This document shows positions 50,826 through 64,000 of a stretch of DNA of 64,000 bases, in pieces. This DNA comes from Dimorphilus gyrociliatus (lineage: Eukaryota; Animalia; Annelida). The notes under the pieces were generated by a model. The model saw nothing but the letters and a program-made list of their open reading frames with translations. It had not been told where the DNA came from and did no database searches. Numbering within the stretch: the stretch's first letter is position 1; every line of letters begins with the position of its first letter. The stretch is from the NCBI GenBank assembly GCA_904063045.1, contig CAJFCJ010000027.1, positions 372,001 to 436,000 of the forward strand, read 5' to 3'. Both the position numbers and the translations under genes were made by a program.

Positions 50826-53800
50826 ATTTTTCTTTCATACTTCTTAATTTTGACTATTACAGTATTTTGTAATGCGGTTTTTAATTATTCTACTTTGCAA
50901 ATAGTATGATTTAGATGCTATATTGTCTAAAAATAAATTTCTATCTTGAAAATGAAACATATTTTAGTACCTGGATGGAGAATCCGAAAAATTTCAATAT
51001 CAATTCCCACACTTTTCTCTTTCTTAGAATGGTTATTCTATGAAATTTCTCTATTTTCTCTAATATAGACATAGAAAATGAAGAAAATAAGAGAGAAAAA
51101 AATGCTGCATTAAATATAATAGATTATGTTAGCTCTAATATACTTATATAATTTTCTACTTACTCTCTCTGTCTCTCTCTTTTTCATTTACTCACTGATT
51201 CCATAAAAGAAATTGCCTGCAAACAGAATTGACATGACTAATCCTGAAAATAACCTTCGTATTCTGAATTCAAATTGTGAACATGATTGCAATATAATTT
51301 AATGTAGATGCTAGTTTAGCGAGAGAGTTGAAAGCGTAAAGAAATTTTTGCTAGATTCTTTGAAATTGAAATGTTTCTTATAAAGCATCGTATGTAATGG
51401 AGAGGGCGTAGAGCGTAAAATTCTCTTTCAAAGGTTGATGATAAACTGGGCAAGCTTTCTTTAATTGGCATCTAGAATATGAAATTCAATTTCCGCTTAA
51501 TTCAAATTAAGCCAATTGCAAAATAAAACTACTATAAAATAGAGCTAAAAAATATTCAGCGGTATTAGTCCTTATTCACAAGTGTAGAGCTTTTCGTTGC
51601 ATCTGTTTTATTACAGCATTACAAGTTTATTCCAAAAGAGAGCTCTTTAAAACGCAGTGCTTGCACAACTACAAAGATATAAATATAATAGAAAGATAAA
51701 TAATAAATGGAATAATAAATGATCATTAAAATAAGGTGAACATGCAAAATTGACAGTTGTATTTGGTCATGCTGCTATTGTTTCAATAGAAACAAACTAG
51801 GCTTACCTTTTACATGAAATATAAGTTTCTTGTAAAAGATATTATAACATATTTCTGTGAGAAAAATCTTTAAGAGAATTTACATAATACTGTGTACAAG
51901 TTTGTATAATAATATTCAATATCTTTATCTTACTTTTCCTTTTTCTAAGCATAGTAAACATTGTAGAAAATGAAATAGAAATTTCAATGAAACATATGGA
52001 ATTATAAATTTATTCTTTTAAAGTCATTACTACAATAACTTATATGCAATTTGTTTGATTATCATTTGAAATTGTGCTATTATGTAAGCTTTTAATTTAT
52101 ATTCTACAGTATAATTTTGTTGAAAATTATTAGAAAAAGAATCATTTCATTGACTTTTACAGAATTAAATAGAATGAAAAATTAGCAGTGAAATGAGAAC
52201 GTCTAAATGATTTTTAAAAGACTATAAATACAAACATAAGACAATTGTATGTATAATTTATAGTATATATTTATTATAGTTTGAAAAGATTCTACGAAAA
52301 TGCCGAAATAAACTAAATAGGAGAAAATCCTTTTGAATATAAAAATACTAGATTTCAGTATATGTTGCATATTACTAATCTTTACTAAATCGTACTGTTA
52401 ATCTCTTAACATATAGTGAATGAAACAATCTATTCATGCTTCATCTCTATATGCTGTATACGGTCTATTTTCACATATATACTGTAGATACAGTATTTAT
52501 TAGTATAATAGACAATATATACAGACCATGTACGTATTGTCTGCTTTAGACATATTTTCCGCATACATTATACTGTATAATACATATCTTCCTACTTTCT
52601 CTCTCTCTCTCCCCCCTCTCTCTCTCTCTCTCTCTTTACTTTGAATTGATTATGATAAATAAACAATAGATCGTTCGAGAAGATATTCTCCAAGGATATG
52701 GTACTTGTAATCGCAGAACCATATAATAAATGATGTGTACACGTACTTGTTATATTGTACATATATTCTTTTCGAGATCATGATGAATCGATGTTGTTTT
52801 ATCAATTAAACATGAAAGTTTTACCTAATCATTCATTTTTAGCAATTCCGATAGATAGAATTTTACGCTTAAATGCCCGAATAATTCAGTATTTCACAGT
52901 TGAAAGTATATCTATATAATTATATTTTTTCTATCCGGAAGTTAAACTTATATATATATATAAATATATTTAATGGTATATTAGAAAAGAAACAATAGTG
53001 CTCAGAAATGATTGTATTATTAATATTGTAAATAGGAGATATTTAATAAATTTTCTCTTTCAAAATTGGAAGCGAATGAAAAACATTGTTAGTCAGTCAA
53101 TTAGCTCTGGTGGTATGATAACTATTTACATCTCAAATTTGTTGTGATTGTTACAATAGAAAATCTAGATTATCGTTATTTTCTTCATGATATATTTCAT
53201 TATCTCTTCTAATTTGTAATTATCACTTTTAAAATCAATTAGCGCTGCTCTGTATATCTGTCATAAAGCAAAAGAATAATCAGTTGATAATTAACTGAAA
53301 GTAACAAGTATGATAGAGGTGAAAGGATAGAGATTTTTTTCAGGACAGAAGTCGGTAGATCATAACAATCCTTTGACGCCTTTTAGTAAACATATTTATA
53401 TAGATTGAATTTATAGTAATTCATTGAATTATTCAAGATGGTATTTATATTTTTACAATTGTAACAAATGAACAATATGTGACATAAACAGGTAATATAC
53501 TTTTTAGTATTATTACTACATTCTATGAGATAAAATAAAGCTGCTACTTAAAAACATATGCCAAAACAAAAACAGCAACCATAGTTAAATAGATATCTCT
53601 TTTTAATACGTTAAATACCCGTACAAACATATTCTATATCAGTAGTAAAACACTACTTTGCTAAAATATAAACATGTTCCTATAAAAAATACAGAGTAAA
53701 GAGATAAAAAGACATGTTAAGATCAGCCATAACGCCATTCCGACTTTCGAACAGATAACTGCATAATCCCTCTTCATCACGAAATGTTAACTTTATATAC

Positions 53801-56800
53801 ATTTATTAAAAATTTGCTTTGTAATATATCAGCAGAGGAAGATATTTCTAATATACAACATTTATTAACCTTAGCGGATTATTTTATTAATGTTAATAAC
53901 GGTAGTAGATCAGTTTATCTACGTTAATTTTTGATGATATCGCTTGCTTGGCATTCATCGTTCTTATAACAGAATTATTGAGACTTAAAGTTTTTATATT
54001 TCCTGTTTTCCTTTCGCCATCTTATCGGATAATGGCTTACAATGAAAAAAACCTCGTCATACTGAAAATATATATAAATTTATACCATATTAATTTTATA
54101 TAGCAAGTTCAAGGAATTATAAAGCAACTTATTTGATAATAAGACTGATGAAGACTTATTTAATTGAGAAATAGGAGAAGAATAGCATAATAACAGATAT
54201 CGAATAAAAAGAAAAATCTTTGTTAAAGACTTAAAGAGGTATTTTCTCTTAGCTGAATTATTTTTCATCATATTAAGGAAAGTATTCTAGGATTTAATAA
54301 AGTATGTACTATGTGGGTTCCCTTAATACTTAAGCTTTGATACATATACTGTATATATATATATATGTATCAAGCCAAAAAATATAGTTCAAAGTCTTGT
54401 TTTGTTAATTGGTGGGTATCTAAAGCTAAAATTTAAATATCCAAGAATATGTTTGTAAAATGAATGAAGGAGAAAACTCGTGCTAAAAAATACGTACAAA
54501 GAGGGAACAGTAAATGAAAAGTTATTGTGACTTGTCTTTTTTTTTGACAATGAATACAATATTCATAATAACCATAAGAAAAGAAGGAGATGAATTAACA
54601 AAGGAACTTATCGTGAGTTATTTACTAAAAAGCTCCAATAGTCTATAAAGAGCGATATTTTCGTTAAAGAGAGTGGCTTATCTTTAGGGTTAGCATGTTT
54701 GTACTATTTTTATCTAATATTCAAACTGGTTATAAAAGTTTCAATAAATATATAAAGATTTAAAAGGGGATTAGATCATCAAAAATGATCAAAACTTGGC
54801 TGTCTAGTCATGAGGAAATTTTCATTTTAAGAGTAGCGAGGAAATAGAAAGAAGATGAGGATAATGTATTTATACGTTGAAAGGGGATAAGAAATAGAGA
54901 AAAGAGGAATTATATCGAAGATTAACCTATAAACTATTTTCAATAATGGACAGTGATCATATTTAAATAAGCCTTTCTTAATTCTATTTGATCATTTTAT
55001 GTAAGTATTTAAATGGCACATTTAGTAGCCATGAAAAATTACGATTGGCATAATCAAAATCTTCGCATTACCTTAGAAGTTGATACATGATACTTGTATA
55101 AAAGAAGACACTCCAAGTAATTTATGTATAGTATTGCAATTGGAAATTTGGAGAGAGATTGTGTAATGTTGTTTTCTAGAGTTAAATATTAGGTTTTATA
55201 GATAAGGATATAATATTAGCAGTAACTTTTACCATTTATAATTAAACAACTAATACCATATTACAAAATTGCTTACGTTTTATATTATATTACAAATATG
55301 ATATTTTAACAATCCAAATTGTTAAAAAGAGTATGGATGAACTTGATTGTTATTTTAAGCAATATATAGAAATACACACGCCGCAGTAGATTTATATTAT
55401 AAACTACTTATTGAAAATTTCGTTGATTTGGATTCAGACGCTTGATTTTTTTCAAAGAGAGATGTATGCCTATCAAAAAAAACTGACAGGTAGAGGAAGG
55501 TAGGATAACAAAGGGGCAAAATATCAATCTATTTATAGGTATATTGCTCGGGGGAGATAGTTCCTCTCCAACTGAAAATAACGGATGCTACTAGCAGAAT
55601 AACTCAACTAATCATTCTATGTACATGAGTTATTATATTAAATCTATTTCCCATTTAGCAGTAAACTTTTTTTCGCAATATCAATGTTTATATCATTACA
55701 CTATCTAATATAAACATTACATTTTTTGCATGAAAAAGGATAGGAATGCTAAGTTTTATTAGGAGATGCTTTGGCTTTTTCCAGAAAATTATTATATTCA
55801 TGTTTGGAAGAGACCGAACAAAACAAGAATTTTTCTGAACAAGAAAAAGAAACTCTTATTCAGAATAGTCTTTAGCTCTTCTTAGATATGAAACCATATA
55901 TAATTACCAGTTTGTATTCCTTATGTCAATTATGTTTAGATTTAGTTTTGAGCTAAAATAAGGACAGATCAAGAAATTACAAAACATTCGTGTAATCACC
56001 AAATAACACGATAGGTGGAGAGATGTATGAGTTTCCTTTTTACAAAGCACCATCTAGTATAGGGATTAAACAACTAATAATTATGTTAAATTATGCACAT
56101 ACATATATTTAATATATATATATATATAAATCTATAAAAAACTTGTTCTCTTGGCAGTCTGTTTATGGTCCTTTCGCTTGAATTTAGTAAAGTAAGTAGA
56201 ATAATATTTTCTTTTTGACTGTGTATTCGTTACATAGAAGAACATTAGACAAAGACATGAAAGTTTCAAGTGTAATTTGTTTATAATTGAAGAAAGGAAA
56301 CTATAGATTATACCGTATATATATATACATATATACTGTATATATTGGTTTTATTTTAAATTGTTTAGTATTTTCAATTACAGATTCCAGAGGAGTGATC
56401 TTTACCCTCTTATCTTATACGTATTATATGTATAATACTATATACTGTATATATACTGTATATATATATATATATATAAAAGTATCTCATAGACAGACTA
56501 AGACAACTGTTTAGACTAAGACAACTGTTTTTCATTTGGGATTGGCTAATAAACGAAAGGGTAACATTTTATCAATAACTATTTATAAATTTTAGTGTTT
56601 TAAGAGAAATATTAACAGATCTCTCTTTATAATAAACATACAATTGGAGATAGAATATATACGACTGAACAAAGTTTTTCATTACATTGACGCGCTTTTC
56701 TTCAATTAATTAAACATTTTCTTCTCTTCCCCATTTTGTAATACGTACTACTTTATTATTATCATTATTATTATTATTATTATTGCTATTATTCTTAATG

Positions 56801-57739
56801 GTGTGTTTTAAAATATCTAAAATATTTATACTTTTAGCCTTTCACTATTAAAGGATTTTCCATTTTGAGAAAAGAAGATCAAGTTTATGAGGAATTACAT
56901 AGAAAGATTTAAAATATAATGATTATAACAGTGTCTTATACATGCTTGATTTCATATCAGCGACCATGAATAGGTAGAACACTTCTTGTTCGTAAATTAT
57001 TAACGGCGAAAAATGCATTAACACTTTTTGCTTTTCATTCTAACCAAATCATGTATGTTTACATGATCAAATACTGTGTCCATAAACAGCTTTCGTTAAA
57101 CGAAGTAATGGTTGCTAAAGCAAATGAAAGTGGGCTTAACTTATTATTTATTATTCCTATTTTTGTTCTTTTTAAAAGCGCATAGGTTTGTACCAATATT
57201 TAAAATTTTATTTCTTTAGACTAGTACTCTCAATTCTAATTATATAACTTTAATTATGTATAAAGAAAAATTAAGGGAGACATTATTTTCTGTATTCATT
57301 TATTTAGCGTATTTGTAGAGAAATAGACAAGAAAAGTTTACATAAGATCAGAAAACTTTTATAATAGTTACAAGTCATATAGGAATATCTAGTATTTGCG
57401 TGAATGCTCGTTTTTTAACGTTTCATTAATGTTTTCCTCCATCTAAGTGTCTTTTATATCCTCTATCTTTTTTTATGATCTTACTGATCACCTTATTCAC
57501 TTTAAAAAACCAAAACAAATAGATTAAAGGATAAGAAATAACTTTGAAATTGCTACCCGAAAATCCTATTCTGTTGTTTAAATAGTAGCGAGTCTTTAAG
57601 TTATATAAACTATAACTTAAGGGTGTAAATTGACAACTTGTGTTGTATAATTGTCTTGGATATTACTTAAAAGTTATCTGTTTATTTAAATAACTTTCTT
57701 TTTGAATGTTATTTATATATAATCAGATTTCAGAACGAA

Positions 57740-58464
57740 ATGAACAAGCTTCGAGCGAAGGCTTTATTTTTGGTTTTATTACAAGCTTCCATAACGTCAA
57801 CGTGTTTTATTAGAGATTGCCCACCAGGGGGTAAAAGAAATTTCAATATTCCTCAAGAGAATAACCAGGTGTGTAGAAATATTTTTAAAGTTTTTGGAAA
57901 ATTAACTTTTTTTTTCTCTCTGCTCTCCCTCTCCCCACCTCCTTTCCCCTTTCTGTCTCTCTTTCTCTTTGTACTCATTTGCTTTTCCCATCCGCTTTCC
58001 TTCCATTCCTCAATTCAATTCTAGTGCTCAAGATGCGGACCAAGAGATGAAGGACAATGTATTGCTCGTAATATTTGCTGCGGCTTTAGCATAGGTTGTT
58101 TAGTGCATAATGACTATGAGGAAGTTTGTTCAACTACAAATGAAAATTGCGAAATTAAAGGGGAAACTTGCGAAGCTGTTAATGGTGGAAAGTGTGTTAC
58201 TGATGGAATTTGTTGTAAACACGGTAAATCTCATAAAAATCGAATATTAAAAGAGAATTTAATTAATAAGATTTATAATTTCTTTTGTATTTTAAACTCT
58301 ATACATCTATATATATATATATACATGTAACAGGGAGATGTATGTTCGATATAAAATGTAAGGAAAGGAACTTAAAAATGGCCCGAAACAATAAAAATTT
58401 GATATTAAACCATTTAACGAGAGCACTGCTGCCTGAAAAAGAATTGGAATCTAATTTAGGATAG
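57740..58464 (+). CDS. vasotocin/conopressin-neurophysin precursor (152 aa); mature peptide CFIRDCPPG-NH2
   Basis: Exons 57740-57868, 58025-58223, 58334-58464 (phases 0,1, the canonical three-exon OT/VP layout). Signal peptide of 21 aa, nonapeptide 57803-57829, GKR amidation/cleavage site, 14-Cys neurophysin (CSRCGPRDEGQCIARNICCGFSIGC...CVTDGICCKHGRCMFDIKC), C-terminal extension. Confidence 0.96.
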
Positions 58465-61400
58465 AAGATAACCATGGAGAATTTCAAAATATCCGAATAA
58501 AAGAATTATTAATATATTAATAATTATACTTTTCGTATTCGTTGATTTGTTTTCTTTATGTTTCACTGTAAAAAAACAAATACAGTAAAATTGAAAGGGC
58601 TGCTATTTTTGCATATTTCTTAGAGTTGAATTTTAGACAAAACTTGAACTTGGCGGTTATCATGAATAGAAAGTAAAAAAGCTAGTATATATATAAATTT
58701 ATATAGTATATATAGACGTCTAAGAAACATCTCATACATTCTTTATAATAGCTTTTGTTAATCCCCGAAAGAATTAAATAAAGAGGACACTAACCTTGAA
58801 GCTGATATTATACTGTAACACTAACATATTAAAATGTTTATTTAGAGTAAACGATATCATATATACTGTATAAAAATATATTTATATATTTATATATAGA
58901 AAAAAAAAGGGAAAAGTTCTTGTTACTTAGAAAATCGATATATAAATGTATAGCTACCATAAACCATTTAAAAATAAAGAGAAACTATGGTTCTGTTCCA
59001 GGGTATTCTGAACAAATACAATAAATCTATTCATATATTTATAAAATCATCTTTAATAAACTATTCTTTAAACTTTTAATCAATTGATTATATGATCGAT
59101 CTTTTGTTCTTTTTAAATATATTTTATATTCTATGTATAACATTGGTGTATTGCTGAATGGGCACAATTAGTTTCATTCATTAACAATTGTTTATTTAAT
59201 TAATATAATATCTTGATGAATATGGATTGGTATCGTAGGTGAAAAATTAGAGACACAGATTTTGTGTAGGTGAAATGAAAAAATAAAGGCAAGCAATTTA
59301 TTTACTAATTACTCATACAAAAGAGTATTTTTAACTTATATGGTCTTTCTTATTAGATTTACTACATTTGCCATTAAAAACAACCATCTTAACAACTTAT
59401 AATGGATTAATATAAAATATTTTTACACAAAACTTATCTTCATTTTAATAGGTTGATTCCTGTGTTCAGTCAATACAGTATAGAAACGGAACTACACAGC
59501 TTGAAACTTGTGTTACTTTAGAACTATCTTATAGTTTCTAAGTGATTTTTATTTTTTTTGGAGTCTTTTCTTTTTATCTCTACTATTTTTAATTTTCTTA
59601 TAGTATCTTCTCTTTAAAGACGAGTAAATTGTCTTTATAAACACTAGAAAAAACTAAAAAGCTTGCTCATCATAAAAGTATTTCATTGTATCTTCGTATT
59701 GCTGCAATTTCTTTTTTCATTAGAAAGGGTTTTAATAATTTTATCGATCTTCATTTCAATCATATTTTGAATTACGGAAAAAAAAGAGAAATTATCTATT
59801 CTATTCAAGAAAATGTTTGACGTTTCTAACTTCTTGTTAGGAAAGAGAATTAGTTGTTGGCTAGCGACATCTGTCTTTACTCTTCAAGATTAAAAATAAA
59901 ACAAAGGGAAAAGAAACAGTTTATAAAAGAAAGCATATTTGAGGTACTAATTTAAATATTAACTAAATAGATGAATTAAAAAAAGAAAGATTGCACAGTA
60001 TATATGTCTATATGTATCTATATAAATCGTAATTAGTGAGAGGAGTGAGAGAGAGAGAAACAGAGAGAGAGATGGCGACAGAGAGAAAGAGAAAAAGAGA
60101 AAGAGAGTATAAACAAACTTATTATTTCTAAATTAGAGTAAACAGTAACTAATGATAACAGTTATATTATGTTCTTTTTTCTCTTCCCTTCCTCTCTACA
60201 CTTTTGAAATAAGATATAATAGAAAATTAAGCAATGTAACTATATACACGATGAGACTTATATCCACTTTAAGCACAAGAATACTTTAAAAGGAATCATC
60301 TTTCTACCAAAGGTGAAAGCCAAAGTTAAACTAATTATTTTCATACGATATTTTTTATTATTGGAAATATTATTATATAAAGAAAACATAAAATGGAATA
60401 AAGTGGAAGTAGGACAATATATTCTATATTTTCATTCATTTAATAGGATTTTATTAACAAATAATAAAATATATACAGTATATTTAACACATATTTGCCT
60501 ACTTTTTCAAAATTACGAAACATAAAAGTATTAATTTTCTTTGTACAAAATTTAAATATCATATTCTAAGTTAATTTCAATATAATCTAATTGTATCTTT
60601 GCTTTTCCCTATATTCTATATTCTTTTATTAGTGATACTTAAAAAATTCAGCCAGTTTTTGCTCGAAATCTTGTTATATATCACCGTCAACAGAAAGAGC
60701 AGTAGTTTCCTTCCATATCTCTAAATTAACCTAAACGTTTAAATTAATAAATTACTCTATTGAAAAATGTTGTTGAATACGTATTCAAACATGTATCTCA
60801 TTACACGAGTAATTGAGTATTTAAGAAAGCTTGCTAACTTTCAAATTCTATCTATTTAACATATTTTCTTCAATGAATAAATGAAAGAATTTTCTTATCC
60901 AACTCTTTAATAAGCTAATGTACATTTTACAAATATAGTACATATAAATACATTAATTTATAAATGTTTATTATACCTATTTCTTTGAAAAAGAAAATGA
61001 ACAGAGTATGTCTATCTCCGTGTGTAGAGTAGATACACAAAACTTCTCTATAAGAGGACTCTATTGAAGCTATTTTCATTATGATCCCAACATTTTCACT
61101 CACTCGTGATGGAAATAAGATAGAATAAGTCAAAAATTTACAAATACATTTGTATAAAAATATTATAAAGTGATAAAGAAAATAAATGTATAGGAATCAA
61201 AGAGAGTAAGAAAGAAATATTTAATAACTGCTTTTAGTAACAAACGCCTTTAAATTTAAATCAATATATGTTAAGATATTAATCTATATATAAAATTTAC
61301 TGTATATAGTATAGATAAACAAAAATACTTGCTGATTCTATCACTTGTAATTTATAAGTAATAAAATCCATGATATAAGCAGTTTTCTCTTTAATTATAT

Positions 61401-64000
61401 ATATAAATTAGTATTTGTTTATAGCAGATTAACACCATATTCCATGGTATTCTTGATAATTAGAAATTACTTGCAGAGCATAAAAATTAGTATATTAGGT
61501 TTTATATATGCTGGCGTCAAAGTATTTAACATTTCGCGATGCCTAAGTAATCAAGCTGTTACCTAATCATAGGCAAATCTGTCCAGCCGATACGATTATA
61601 ATATCTAGACTGTGCATAAAAATGAACTGAACAGTATGCATTATGTATTAAAATGTGTCAATATTGTATATATTAGTATATATACATATCTAATTATATA
61701 TATATATATTTAGAGAGAGGGAGAGAGCGACCACTAGATACAATAACTTTTCGGCTGTGCTTTTTTAACTATATTATATGCAAAAATCCAGAAGAAAGGT
61801 TTGCCAATCTTTCACATCTTCTTAATTAAATGGTTTCCACAGCTTTGATCTCCACCAAGTGACACTCGTCAAAGTATACTATTCCTTCCGTTATGTTTTA
61901 TTGACAATATAATACGCTAATATATATATATATATATATATATCTACATATATAATCCTTACAATTTCATGCTTATGTCATTCTCCAAGGCAAGAAAACT
62001 GGCACTTGTTGGCTTGTTTCTTAACCTTATAAAATTCATATGACTCTTTTAGAATAATAAATACTGCATATACAAAAAGTATAGTAACAAAAATATAATA
62101 TTTATATATAGAATTACGTACAATATATATTGTAGATACAAAAAATCCATTGAGCTTCGTTACGACACGGAATGTTAATTAGCAAAAAGAAAGATTTCAA
62201 GAATGAAATGAAAGAGAGAAAATGAATAGATATATCATTGAGAAATATTTTAATTAAAAGATAGTTCTAATTATTTGAATATTTTCATTTTCTATTTTCT
62301 TCTCTTGCTCTCATTTTCAAGGAATCATTAAGACAGATTTTGTTGATCAAGTATCAACGTTGACGACATGCTACTTGTCTTACATTGTAATGTCTGTGTT
62401 TTATCTTTTTGTGTTATATCTATAGTTGAAAGTTACAGTACTATTTTGTCAATGTATGTAGTATATATATAATGTATATGTAAATGTATGCATGCATGTT
62501 TGTAATCATGTTTTTATGTTTTTAATTAATTAGTTATTATCTTTTAAAAATGTACAGTGCATTTTTTACTTCATTATTTGACATAAAAGGAATTGGAAAG
62601 GAATAAAACATTTAACAGTTTACCCATTACAACTCTTTCCTTACATAGGTTTATAATATTTTCAATTCTTGTTTGTCACCTCAAATTAGATTCTCAGCCT
62701 CATTTTCAAGCGTTTTATCAATACGCTGACGTTTCGCCGTGGCTTGATTATCATGGTCGCGAATTTGAGGAATTTTCTTTGCTGATGTAAAAGTTTTCAA
62801 AGTAAGAGAATGTTCATCGAAAGTTTTCTTCTTCATTCTTTTGCAGAAAAGAATTTTCATATCCATCTAATAATTGTGAATTAAGAAAAGAAATGAAAGA
62901 AATTTTAATAATTGACAGTTTAAGCAATAAATTATTTAAGATTAAACCAATTCATTGTTAATGAAAACCTTGTTACTACAATTTCTTTTATTGTTTTCAC
63001 ATTTACCTTTCAAGTTTAATTGTATAAAGGAATGTATAGGTAAAATAATACACATATAAATTCAATATAAGAAATTGATAACTTACTCGGAATTTTTCGT
63101 TTAGGAAGCTGTATACAATAGGATTCATCCAAGAATTACTCATAGCCAAAAAATGAAAACCCAAATAGCAGTAGATAATCACAGGCTCGTAATTCTATAT
63201 AATTTTTCATTCATAAATTAAGAAGCAAGATAAGAAAATGGGAAAAGTTTAACTTGTTAATAATCATGATTAGTACTTTATAATATTGATGATATAATTA
63301 TAATTATTACTAACACTTCTATATACTTTAACCAAAAAAAGGTATGATTAATAATTAATTAATTAATTAACACTTGGATATTGTTAAGTCAAATGCTTAT
63401 TAATTAATACACAGTTTTGTTAATTAAATAAATATATAAATAGGATTTTCTTAATTATCATTAGTAATATAATAATAAACTTTTTAAGTACATCTGAATG
63501 CTTTTAAAAGAGGAAACAAGGCAAGTGTATAACTAATAAATGTACTAAACATACGATAAAATACACCTAAGAAATGTGATATGGAGGTTTCTTTTCGAAT
63601 GTTATAAATATACTTGCCTTTGTAGTATCGTATTTACAAACCTTGCCCTACTCAAATCACTCTTTATTCAGTCTTATTACCTAGTTTTTTCCAAACTGAA
63701 AATAATACTGAAGAAGAGACTTCCCAACTATATAAATTGTCATAATGACAATAACTGAAAATATTCTTAATTCATTGTAATTTCTAGACAAAAGTATAAA
63801 GAAAATATAAAAAAAGTCTATAAATATTTTGTTTCTTTTTCCTATTAGAAACAATATTTGAGTACCATTAAAATATTAATTATACACTACTTCAGTATAA
63901 AGATACGTTATAAATTTAACTTGTTCAATTCTATTGAATAATGGAAAGAAAATGTAATAATGCGCATCGTCAAGATTAATAATAATTATTTTATGAAGAG

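Noticed and set aside
54560-55450. Possible very decayed mariner (DD37D-like) remnant (HNQNLRI; RHSK*FM...SRVK)
   Set aside because: Motifs are weak, lie in different frames, and the later catalytic motifs are not recognisable.
59452-59541. Exon-like frame VDSCVQSIQYRNGTTQLETCVTLELSYSF* downstream of the vasotocin gene
   Set aside because: Wrong phase for neurophysin exon 2. The exon at 58334 already completes the 14-Cys domain, and there is no other support.
61790-61890. GIVYFDECHL on the minus strand (DExH-like or Tc1 'VIFSDE'-like)
   Set aside because: An isolated ~20-codon stretch with no flanking helicase or transposase motifs.
62715-62765. cgaaacgtc motif on the minus strand suggesting a Penelope-type minimal hammerhead ribozyme
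   Set aside because: The CUGANGA core is absent (catgataa) and the spacing to stem II is wrong.
1-64000. CRISPR arrays, rRNA, tRNA or prokaryotic operons
   Set aside because: No regularly spaced repeats, T-loop/cloverleaf or rRNA motifs were recognised, and the gene structure is spliceosomal eukaryotic. Small ncRNAs could be missed without Infernal or tRNAscan-SE.

Overview
Eukaryotic, strongly AT-rich genomic DNA with many 55-100 bp GT-AG introns. A conopressin/annetocin-type vasotocin precursor points to a lophotrochozoan, probably an annelid with a compact genome (inference only). Genes reconstructed by hand from splice sites and phases: an 11-exon divergent nAChR-like Cys-loop subunit (3976-7820); five paralogous 7-exon genes for signal-peptide, 30-Cys EB/EGF-like-module proteins, four ending in a GPI-signal-like tail and one stopping just before it (9474-25047), plus a sixth paralogue remnant fused to a Tc1 transposase; a 4-exon bursicon-alpha/Norrin-like cystine-knot gene inside that cluster (11605-12370, minus strand, mostly missed by the ORF track); FANK1; intronless MPV17; a quinone oxidoreductase-like gene (first exon not found); a 2-exon FMRFamide-receptor-like GPCR; and a vasotocin-neurophysin precursor with the unusual peptide CFIRDCPPG-amide. 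The most interesting element is the Cys-rich surface-protein cluster. Its two youngest copies have nearly identical introns, yet in exons 1-3, 5 and 6 they differ at 15 codons, all amino-acid-changing. They also carry an unalignable patch in exon 4, a stop codon at the predicted GPI attachment site in one copy, and a copy-specific MITE in one promoter. This resembles a rapidly diversifying recognition locus with anchored and soluble forms. About 40 TACAGTA/TACTGTA heptamers look like Tc1/mariner excision footprints. No rRNA, tRNA or CRISPR array was recognised. All family assignments are by eye and from memory; no database searches were run.
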